From a virus, in the IMG/VR virus record IMGVR_UViG_3300028966_000062: a stretch of DNA of 64,000 nt, one strand, 5' to 3'. The notes beneath the pieces are model-generated. The model worked only from the letters and a program-made list of their open reading frames with translations, did not search any database and was not told where the DNA came from. Below, piece by piece: positions 45,774-53,423 of this stretch (the first letter of the stretch is position 1; each line of letters opens with the position of its first letter). The translations under genes and the position numbers were made by a program.

Positions 45774-45794
45774 TAACTATATAACACAGGATAC
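45774..45794 (+). repeat. 21-nt motif copy F6 (TAACTATATAACACAGGATAC)
   Basis: immediately upstream of SD GCAAGGAGG of ligase gene. Confidence 0.7.
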
Positions 45795-45807
45795 GCAAGG
45801 AGGCTTT

Positions 45808-47139
45808 ATGACAGATAAAGAGCTCATAGGTAAGCTTGATGCGATGGTTAAGGCATTGCAGAAAGCAAAGAAGAAAACGGATAAGACCAACATTTTGCTG
45901 GATGCACGTAAGGATTTTGGAGAAGAAGCTGATGAGCTGATGGCATTCTTCCGATTTCTGCTTGACCCGTCAATTGTTACTGGCCTGTCTGATGCAAAGA
46001 TCAACAAGAAGGTAACTGTAAGGCCGGACATCGACGTTCAGTATCTCAGCTGCGGATACCTTTATATTATGGGTGCTGGCCACAATACAGGCTCTGATGC
46101 ATCCATCGCAACAATCCAGAATTATTTACATAAAAATCCTGAATATGAAGAGTTTCTGAAGCGACTGTTCACTAAGAACCTGCCGATCGGGGTCGAGGCA
46201 GCTACCATCAATAAGGTATATGGCGAGGAAATTATTCCTGTCTGGGAGGTTCAGCAGGGATACCCGATTGGTAAGGTTAAGCTGAAGGATGGTATTTGGT
46301 TCAGTTTAAGCCAGAAGATGAATGGAAATAGGGGCACCATGTATAAAGGCGAGCTCATCTCTCGGCAGGCTCAGAAGTTTAAAGGACTCGACCATATAAA
46401 GAATGACCTGCTCGCTCTATACGATGAAGACGCCTCAAGGCGAGATATGTGGGTGTTTGATGGTGAGCTGATCTACAAGAACCCAGAAAGAATGTCGGAC
46501 GGAGAGGCTTTTCGTTATGGCACTGGCCTACTTAATTCTGACAACAAGGATAAGACTGGAATCAAATTTGTGATTTTTGATGTGATTCCTGTTGTAGAGT
46601 TCGACCGTGGAAAGTGTACTATCCCATATAAAATTCGCCGTATTGGGTTAAATTGTCTTCGCGCAGAGATTACTCGCAAGCACCTTGAGAATATTGAGAT
46701 TGTTCCCATGGTCTATGAAGGAAAAGACCAAAACGTGATTCCAAAGTGGCTTGATTATGCGGTCGAGCACGATTGGGAAGGTCTTATGTTGAACACGGAC
46801 GTCCCTTATCGCCGGGCTCGTCACAACGGATGTCTCAAAATCAAGCGATTCTACACTGTTGATCTACGAATCACAGCGATTGAGGAAGGTCAGAACCGTC
46901 TGACTGGTACGATGGGCGCTCTTGTTGTTGACTACAAGGGCAACGAGCTTCGTGTCGGCTCTGGTTTTGATGATGCTACGAGAGCTGCTGTGTGGGCGAA
47001 TCCTGATAATTACATCGGTAAGATTGTGGAATGTAAGTACAAAGAGGTCACGATGGACAAAAAGACCGGCCTTGAGTCTCTGCAATTCCCGACGTTTGTA
47101 AGATTTAGAGATGATAAGAACGAGGTGTCTTATGGCTGA
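45808..47139 (+). CDS. ATP-dependent DNA ligase (variant motif I KMNGNR)
   Basis: KMNGNRG (motif I, Asn for Asp), VFDGELIYK (III), DWEGLMLN (IV), LKIKRFY (V). Confidence 0.7.
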   Translation: MTDKELIGKLDAMVKALQKAKKKTDKTNILLDARKDFGEEADELMAFFRFLLDPSIVTGLSDAKINKKVTVRPDIDVQYLSCGYLYIMGAGHNTGSDASIATIQNYLHKNPEYEEFLKRLFTKNLPIGVEAATINKVYGEEIIPVWEVQQGYPIGKVKLKDGIWFSLSQKMNGNRGTMYKGELISRQAQKFKGLDHIKNDLLALYDEDASRRDMWVFDGELIYKNPERMSDGEAFRYGTGLLNSDNKDKTGIKFVIFDVIPVVEFDRGKCTIPYKIRRIGLNCLRAEITRKHLENIEIVPMVYEGKDQNVIPKWLDYAVEHDWEGLMLNTDVPYRRARHNGCLKIKRFYTVDLRITAIEEGQNRLTGTMGALVVDYKGNELRVGSGFDDATRAAVWANPDNYIGKIVECKYKEVTMDKKTGLESLQFPTFVRFRDDKNEVSYG

Positions 47140-47428
47140 TGTTAGGTTGATTGACGCAAATGCTTTGCTTGACCGAAATAATTGGACAATCAAGCAATAC
47201 AGTGAAAAAGAAGCCGATGCTTGGCGAGACGGTATCGCTCTCATGGAGAAAAATATTGAAAACGCTCCGACAATTGACGCGGAATCTATGCGGCCTAGAG
47301 GATATTGGATTCGGCGTAAAGATAGATACGATGGGGCATGGGGTTGCTCAATCTGTGGGAATACTGTAGGACCAGTCATAGCCCTATGTTCAAAATACTG
47401 TCTAAATTGCGGAGCAAAAATGAGGTAA
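47132..47428 (+). CDS. hypothetical protein with C-terminal zinc ribbon
   Basis: CSICGN...CLNCGAKM; ATG 47132. Confidence 0.45.
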   Translation: MADVRLIDANALLDRNNWTIKQYSEKEADAWRDGIALMEKNIENAPTIDAESMRPRGYWIRRKDRYDGAWGCSICGNTVGPVIALCSKYCLNCGAKMR

Positions 47429-47514
47429 ATATGCCTAAAAACAAGCTAAAAGATTCCTTTTATTGGATGGGTGGAAACGATAAGAATGAAGTAAGCTACG
47501 GCTAAGGAGCAGAT

Positions 47515-47898
47515 GTGAGAACTTATTATGCAGTGACCCAAGGTGAATATTCAGATTATCGGATTATTACTATCACTGAAGATAAAGAAAAAGCAGAAAG
47601 AATCGCTGCGGCCTACGATGGTTATGTTGAAGAGTACGATGATTGTATTATAAATCCGATTGGCGTTTGGAAGGTTTATCACTACGAAAAAAATGGGGGT
47701 TGGATCGTATGCCATTCTGACAGAGACGTCGAAGATATTAAAGATGGGGAGTGGAAACCGGATTATTTTGAGGACATTCTTTTCAATAAGGGTATGACAT
47801 GGACTATTTATGTTACCGCTGAAAACAAAGAGCTTGCTCAAAAGATTGCTTATGATAAGTACGCCCAGTGGAAAGCTGAACGGGAGGGATTGGCATGA
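47515..47898 (+). CDS. hypothetical protein (127 aa)
   Basis: GTG start after TAAGGAG. Confidence 0.45.
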   Translation: MRTYYAVTQGEYSDYRIITITEDKEKAERIAAAYDGYVEEYDDCIINPIGVWKVYHYEKNGGWIVCHSDRDVEDIKDGEWKPDYFEDILFNKGMTWTIYVTAENKELAQKIAYDKYAQWKAEREGLA

Positions 47899-48167
47899 AT
47901 CTTTCTAAGAAGTCCATTAAGCACATTCTTCGGATTCTTGATAATAAATGTATCGAAGTTCCTACAAAGACATCTGCTTATAGCAGCGGTGGACGTAGAA
48001 TTTTGACTCGTGATTTTGAGCCAAAAGAGCCACACGGAATGGATGACTGGCAACGAATCGTCTATGTACCATCCGAAGGATATTTCTACGGAATTTATAA
48101 CGGAAAATCGGAAGAAGATTGGGAGATTCCAGATATCTGGTCTCCTGCACAGCTTGCTGATTTGTGA
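47895..48167 (+). CDS. hypothetical protein (90 aa)
   Basis: ATGA overlap. Confidence 0.45.
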   Translation: MNLSKKSIKHILRILDNKCIEVPTKTSAYSSGGRRILTRDFEPKEPHGMDDWQRIVYVPSEGYFYGIYNGKSEEDWEIPDIWSPAQLADL

Positions 48168-48175
48168 GGTGTAAA

Positions 48176-48388
48176 ATGCTACTTTTAACGCAAGGCGGAG
48201 AAATTATAAATCTTGACCGTATGGCAATCATTGATACCGCAAGCCTTAATGTTTATGCAAGGCAGGGCATGGGTGAGCGTGGAATTATCCTTGGTAGTTA
48301 TAACTCTGAGAGTAGATGCTACGATGTTGTCGCACGTATTTTTGATTGCTATCGGAAAAATGAGAAAGCATACATTATGCCAAAATGA
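48176..48388 (+). CDS. hypothetical protein (70 aa)
   Basis: ATG 48176 after TGAGGTG. Confidence 0.4.
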   Translation: MLLLTQGGEIINLDRMAIIDTASLNVYARQGMGERGIILGSYNSESRCYDVVARIFDCYRKNEKAYIMPK

Positions 48389-48440
48389 ATGATTAAAAAA
48401 AACTAACCACCCCAAAGAAAGCAGAATAGGAAGATGCTAT

Positions 48441-48749
48441 ATGAAAAATATGTCAAAGAAAACTCGCAAAAAGGTTATGCGAATTATCAAAGCAAATTGC
48501 CATTCGAATGATGGGTGTTGGTGGGAACCATATAAAAGTAGTCGAATGTTCGCAATCTGGAAACATATTATAACGGAAGATCGTTTTGGCTTTGGCGAAT
48601 TTGCAGCAGTATATGAGGATTTGGATGATAAATTTTCTCTATACTTTTATGTTAACATCGTGTCTCCTGCACAGTTAACAAATCCACGTCTTCCAATCAA
48701 TGTCAATAAACAGATTGTGAAGAAATTGGAAGAAGGTGGTTTCATCTGA
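48441..48749 (+). CDS. hypothetical protein (102 aa)
   Basis: ORF. Confidence 0.45.
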   Translation: MKNMSKKTRKKVMRIIKANCHSNDGCWWEPYKSSRMFAIWKHIITEDRFGFGEFAAVYEDLDDKFSLYFYVNIVSPAQLTNPRLPINVNKQIVKKLEEGGFI

Positions 48750-48977
48750 CAGATTTCCAAAAACTAGCCGTCCCAAAGAAAGAACGACTTGAAGTTCAAC
48801 TTACGGATGGCACAGATGAACACAATATATTGTACATAATTACATCTCTAGCCACTATTAAAGGCGCTGAGATTTTTAAAAATTTTCGTTTGTATTCTGT
48901 AGGCTCCGCCGGGGAGCTCAACTTATTAGAGAAGCAAGACGGCGATCCCTACTTTGATAAGCTGAAAGGAACAGAAT

Positions 48978-49325
48978 ATGAGTAATTCGATGAATCGAGA
49001 AGACCGGCGCAGAGAACAGCGTAAGGCACGAATCCTTGCCCGGCGAATCAAGAAGGCCGGTGGCCCCGACTTTCTGGCTGGAATGCCAGTTGAAGAGTGG
49101 GAGCCAAAGATTGGTGATGAGGTCACCATTAAGGTAAAGAGGATTCAAGGTAAGAAAGATTTCTTCAAGATGAGTCCGCAGTATCAGGACTTTATCAATA
49201 GACTTGAAGACGGAAAGCCTTACAAAATCACCAGTACCGGCATGAAGGGTCAGGTTTACGGCATTGACGCACATCCTTATTTCCAGATTTGGAAGGGCGA
49301 TATGGAACCCTATAAGGAGTCCTAA
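48978..49325 (+). CDS. hypothetical protein with basic N-terminus (115 aa)
   Basis: SD AAAGGAACAG. Confidence 0.5.
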   Translation: MSNSMNREDRRREQRKARILARRIKKAGGPDFLAGMPVEEWEPKIGDEVTIKVKRIQGKKDFFKMSPQYQDFINRLEDGKPYKITSTGMKGQVYGIDAHPYFQIWKGDMEPYKES

Positions 49326-49573
49326 TGAGGATGTACTTCAGGACGGATTATAAAGAGTGGGGCCCGGCAGAAGCCACTTTGCAGAAAGGACACTGGTATA
49401 AGGTTCTTTGTGATGCTGGCGACTTCTACATAATTGACAACAGACCAGAAAGTAACAAGTGTGGTCTGCGACTAGGAGAAATATCGTTTGTTGATAAAGA
49501 AGACCTTGAAGATGATGTCTATGTCGTAACCGGCAAGAGTGAAGAATTTGAGGAAGGAGGTGGGGCGATATGA
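49325..49573 (+). CDS. hypothetical protein (82 aa)
   Basis: overlapping stop/start. Confidence 0.45.
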   Translation: MRMYFRTDYKEWGPAEATLQKGHWYKVLCDAGDFYIIDNRPESNKCGLRLGEISFVDKEDLEDDVYVVTGKSEEFEEGGGAI

Positions 49574-49767
49574 TTGGTATTGACCATCGTGAACAGGGTC
49601 GTAAGGAACGAGCCCTTGCGGAGTATTACAGAACCTTGGCTCGATATCCTACCGAGTGTGGAGAACCGATTACATATCAGTTGTCCGATGAGCAACTTGA
49701 ACAGGTTCTCTGTGGAGAGGTTACTGTTGATGAATTGATTAAAAGAGGTGAGCTAAGTGGCAGTTGA
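49570..49767 (+). CDS. hypothetical protein (65 aa)
   Basis: ATGA overlap. Confidence 0.4.
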   Translation: MIGIDHREQGRKERALAEYYRTLARYPTECGEPITYQLSDEQLEQVLCGEVTVDELIKRGELSGS

Positions 49768-50041
49768 CCAATACGGGAATTCATTTGGTGTTGGAGATTA
49801 TGTGTTGATTACAGAGGTTCCATCTGGCCTCCCTTATTTTGCAATGATTTCGGTTGTAAAGGTCGAAAAAATCGAAAAGGATAATCATCAAAAAGATATA
49901 GTTTATTTCGAACGATGGTATCCAATTGAACAACGTGGCGAACTTATTTACCGGGAAGCAGATGATTGTGTTGTGACAACTGAACATAACTATCTTGTTT
50001 CACTAAAACGTAGAGATGAATGGGATAAAGAGGTGATGTAA
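49757..50041 (+). CDS. hypothetical protein (94 aa)
   Basis: GTG start after AGAGGTGAG. Confidence 0.4.
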   Translation: MAVDQYGNSFGVGDYVLITEVPSGLPYFAMISVVKVEKIEKDNHQKDIVYFERWYPIEQRGELIYREADDCVVTTEHNYLVSLKRRDEWDKEVM

Positions 50042-50206
50042 GTGAAAGATACGATTAAGATGTGGATCGCTTTCATTAAGATTTTTAAGGATTATCTTAT
50101 TGCAGTCGGAATCATGATTGCGTTGTGGCTGCTGTCTTGCCTTATCAAGTATGGGATCTCAGTATCCAACTTCCCAGATTGGTTTAAGTTTGCACTTCTA
50201 AAGTAA
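50042..50206 (+). CDS. small membrane protein (~54 aa)
   Basis: GTG 50042 after GAGGTGA; hydrophobic IAVGIMIALWLLSCLI. Confidence 0.3.
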   Translation: MKDTIKMWIAFIKIFKDYLIAVGIMIALWLLSCLIKYGISVSNFPDWFKFALLK

Positions 50207-50217
50207 TGGAGGATTAA

Positions 50218-50442
50218 ATGGTAACCGATATTCTTAACAGAGAAATTCATGTTGGCGACACAGTTCTTAGAGCTAGAACTCGGAAAGGTCGCGGAGTTCT
50301 TTGGAGCATTCATAAAGTTGTCGCCATTATGAATGTAATGATTAAAGTTCAAGATGGTCAGTACACTTTAAATGTTGCACCTAAAAATTGCATCGTAATT
50401 GGTGAGAATGACATTCCTGAAAACTGGCAGGATGAATATTAA
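50218..50442 (+). CDS. hypothetical protein (74 aa)
   Basis: SD TGGAGGA. Confidence 0.45.
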   Translation: MVTDILNREIHVGDTVLRARTRKGRGVLWSIHKVVAIMNVMIKVQDGQYTLNVAPKNCIVIGENDIPENWQDEY

Positions 50443-50452
50443 GGAGAATTAA

Positions 50453-51244
50453 ATGGTAGTTAAACTGATTACACATACTCCTGATCCTGAAAAGGTGGTA
50501 GCCGCAGCCGCAAAACTGTGTTACTCCAATTCGAGTATTCAGGATTTGATGGATGGATTGACCGATGAGAAGGTTGATGAGTTTCTAAATCGACTTTCTA
50601 ACCTTGGTCACGCTAGTCCTACGGAGCATGTGACTTTTACTTTTGGAATCGAAGGTGTGAGCCGGTCTTTACTTGCCCAGATTACCCGGCATCGCATTGC
50701 ATCATTCAGTGTACAGAGTCAGCGCTATGTGCGAATGAATAATGCGGAAATCATCATTCCTGATGTTATTGACGATGATAGCGAAGCAAGAGAGGCATTT
50801 AAACAGGCAATTCAGACCGCTGAATATTCTTATAAGCACCTGTGTCAGATTCTTGAGGACAAAATTACTGAAGAACTGATGGTTGCTGATTCTCGTTTGA
50901 CTGAGAAAAAGGCACGCGTAAAAGCATCCAAGATTGCAAATGAGAACGCACGTTCTGTTCTGCCAAATGCTTGTTCCACGAAGATGATTGTTACAATGAA
51001 CGCTCGTTCGTTGAACAATTTCTTTAATCTGCGTTGCTGTGAACGTGCGCAGCCTGAAATAAAGGAGCTTGCAACCGAGATGCTAAAGCTGGTTTATCCG
51101 ATTGCTCCTCATCTGTTCAAGTGTGCTGGTCCCAACTGCTGTGGCAATGGTTGTACCGAAGGAATGATGTCTTGTGGTAAGTTCCACGAGATTCGTGATA
51201 AATACGACAAACTGAAACAGGAGGCATTAAATGGAAACACTTGA
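50453..51244 (+). CDS. thyX: FAD-dependent thymidylate synthase ThyX
   Basis: ThyX signature ITRHRIASFSVQSQRYV (RHRxxSxxxxSxR). Confidence 0.85.
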   Translation: MVVKLITHTPDPEKVVAAAAKLCYSNSSIQDLMDGLTDEKVDEFLNRLSNLGHASPTEHVTFTFGIEGVSRSLLAQITRHRIASFSVQSQRYVRMNNAEIIIPDVIDDDSEAREAFKQAIQTAEYSYKHLCQILEDKITEELMVADSRLTEKKARVKASKIANENARSVLPNACSTKMIVTMNARSLNNFFNLRCCERAQPEIKELATEMLKLVYPIAPHLFKCAGPNCCGNGCTEGMMSCGKFHEIRDKYDKLKQEALNGNT

Positions 51245-51671
51245 CGAAATTAAGAAGAACGTAGACCATCCAGTCCATTACGGCGGTGCAGACAATCCCT
51301 ACGAAGCCATTAAAGTGCTGCGAGAGTGGCAGTTGGACAAAGATGCTTATCTTTGGAATGTTGGTAAGTATCTGAGCCGGGCAGGACACAAAGATGGCAA
51401 TTCTCAGCTTCAAGATTTAACGAAGGCACGTTGGTATTTAGACTATAAAATCCGGCTTTTAGAGGAACAGCAGAAGGTTGCTGAAAGTGTCGTAGATACG
51501 CTAAAGAAGATTCCTAACGAGGTGACTGATGAGCTGACTACGATGTCGGATTACATTTCTAGTCATGCAAAGCCTGACTATACGGATGATTTGGTTTTCC
51601 GTCCAGAAATCCATGCTCCAAACATCGAAACTGCCGTGGTTCCTGATTGCGCCGATGAGGTCAAGTTTTAA
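51231..51671 (+). CDS. hypothetical protein (146 aa)
   Basis: overlapping start with thyX stop. Confidence 0.5.
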   Translation: METLDEIKKNVDHPVHYGGADNPYEAIKVLREWQLDKDAYLWNVGKYLSRAGHKDGNSQLQDLTKARWYLDYKIRLLEEQQKVAESVVDTLKKIPNEVTDELTTMSDYISSHAKPDYTDDLVFRPEIHAPNIETAVVPDCADEVKF

Positions 51672-51782
51672 TGAGAAAAAACGACGATTAGAATTATCTT
51701 TTAGCGTCAGCGATGTTCTTTATAGCTGGTGCAATAGTAGAGATAATGGTTAGAATTTTTCATTGGTAAAGGATTTACATAT

Positions 51783-51872
51783 ATGAGATACAACTGGGAA
51801 GAACCATTTGCGGCATTTGCCCTGTTTGTTACAATGTTGATTTTTGGCTTTGCCAAATTTGTTTTAAGATAA
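51783..51872 (+). CDS. tiny hydrophobic peptide (29 aa) upstream of flotillin gene
   Basis: MRYNWEEPFAAFALFVTMLIFGFAKFVLR; weak SD. Confidence 0.2.
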   Translation: MRYNWEEPFAAFALFVTMLIFGFAKFVLR

Positions 51873-51888
51873 TCAAGGAGAAAAATAC

Positions 51889-53412
51889 ATGAATATGATG
51901 TTTATTGCAATTCCTGTCGTTGTTGTCTTTCTGATCGCCTTTGCATTTACTTGCTATAAGAAGGCTCCTCCTACTCAGGCAATCGTCGTAACAGGTTTTG
52001 GACTGTCTAAGCCGAAAGTTATCTGTGGTCGTGGCGTGTTCGTCCTTCCGGTTATTCAGCGAGCTGACCGTCTGAATATGCGATTGCTCAAGATTGATGT
52101 CAAGACTCCTGAAACCGGTGTAAAGACTAAAGAGGGTGTTTCTCTGTGGCTGGACTCTGTTGTTACTGTTCAGGTTTACTCTGAGAACTCTACTGTAACT
52201 GATGATGAGATTAAGAGTGCCGGTTGTGAGGATGCAAAGACTTATATTAGTGCTCGTCAGCAGGCTGCTATTTCCAACTTCCTTGGCATGAGTGAAGATG
52301 GCATTAACGAAAAGATCAACGATGTCCTTCAGGGCAATCTGCGAGAGATTGTTTCTGAGATGACTGTCAATGATATCCTGACCAATCGTAAACAGATGGC
52401 AATTTCCGTTGTTGAGAATGCTCGTCCTGATTTAGCAAAGATGGGTCTGGAAGTTGTTACTTTCAATGTTCAGGATATTAAGGATGCTATTGATGCTCAG
52501 GGTCATAATCATGGTGTCATTGAGGCAATTGGTGTTCAGCAGGAAGAGCTGGTGAAGAAACAGGCAGAGATTGCTAAGGCCGAAGCCGCTCGTGATATTG
52601 CTCGTGCTAAGGCGGATACTGCTCGTGAATCAAATGAAAAGGAAATTGAATCCAAGACCGCTATTGCACAGCGCAACAATGAGTATCTTCTGACTCAGGC
52701 CGCTCTGAAGGCGGAGGCTGATAAGGCAAATGCTGATGCAGAAGCTGCTGGTGAGATTCAAATGAATCTGCGTGATAAGGAAATTAAGGAAGCTGAAGCT
52801 GACGCAGCTATTGCAAAGCAGAAGAAGATGGTTGAGTTGGCCGCTCAGGAAGCAGAAGTTCGTCAGCAAAAGCTGGATGCGGAGATTCGCAAGCAGGCAG
52901 ACGCCGACCTGTATAAGCGTCAGAAGGAAGCTGAAGCAAAGAAGTACGAAGCAGAGCGTTCTGCAGAATCCGCAAAGTTCGCTAAGGAACAGGAGGCAGA
53001 AGGCATCCGTATGGTTGGCATGGCGGAAGCTGAGGCCATCAAGCAGAAGGGTCTTGCTGAAGCAGAAGCTATGCTGAAGAAGGCTGAAGCTTACAAGCAG
53101 TACAATGGTGCGGCTATGGGTGAAATGATCATTAAGATTCTTCCTAGCATTGCAGCTGAGGTTGCAAAGCCGCTGGCGTCCATTGACAAGGTTTCCATCA
53201 TTGGCAGTAACGCAAATGGTGTTTCTGAGATTTCCGGCAATGTCCCAGCAGTCATGGCTCAGACTTTTGAGGCCGTTCGTGAAGCAACTGGCATTGATAT
53301 GAAGGAAATTGTCCGTGCCAACAGTTACGATGCAAAGGTCACTAAGAATGTGAACCTTGTAAGCGATTCGACGATTGTTTCTGAAAAGAACGATGCGCAG
53401 GATGCTGAGTAA
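51889..53412 (+). CDS. SPFH/band-7 flotillin-like protein
   Basis: N-terminal TM IAIPVVVVFLIAFAF, SPFH core, long Ala/Glu coiled-coil (AEAEA repeats) typical of FloT/flotillin. Confidence 0.75.
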   Translation: MNMMFIAIPVVVVFLIAFAFTCYKKAPPTQAIVVTGFGLSKPKVICGRGVFVLPVIQRADRLNMRLLKIDVKTPETGVKTKEGVSLWLDSVVTVQVYSENSTVTDDEIKSAGCEDAKTYISARQQAAISNFLGMSEDGINEKINDVLQGNLREIVSEMTVNDILTNRKQMAISVVENARPDLAKMGLEVVTFNVQDIKDAIDAQGHNHGVIEAIGVQQEELVKKQAEIAKAEAARDIARAKADTARESNEKEIESKTAIAQRNNEYLLTQAALKAEADKANADAEAAGEIQMNLRDKEIKEAEADAAIAKQKKMVELAAQEAEVRQQKLDAEIRKQADADLYKRQKEAEAKKYEAERSAESAKFAKEQEAEGIRMVGMAEAEAIKQKGLAEAEAMLKKAEAYKQYNGAAMGEMIIKILPSIAAEVAKPLASIDKVSIIGSNANGVSEISGNVPAVMAQTFEAVREATGIDMKEIVRANSYDAKVTKNVNLVSDSTIVSEKNDAQDAE

Positions 53413-53423
53413 GAGGTGATTAC

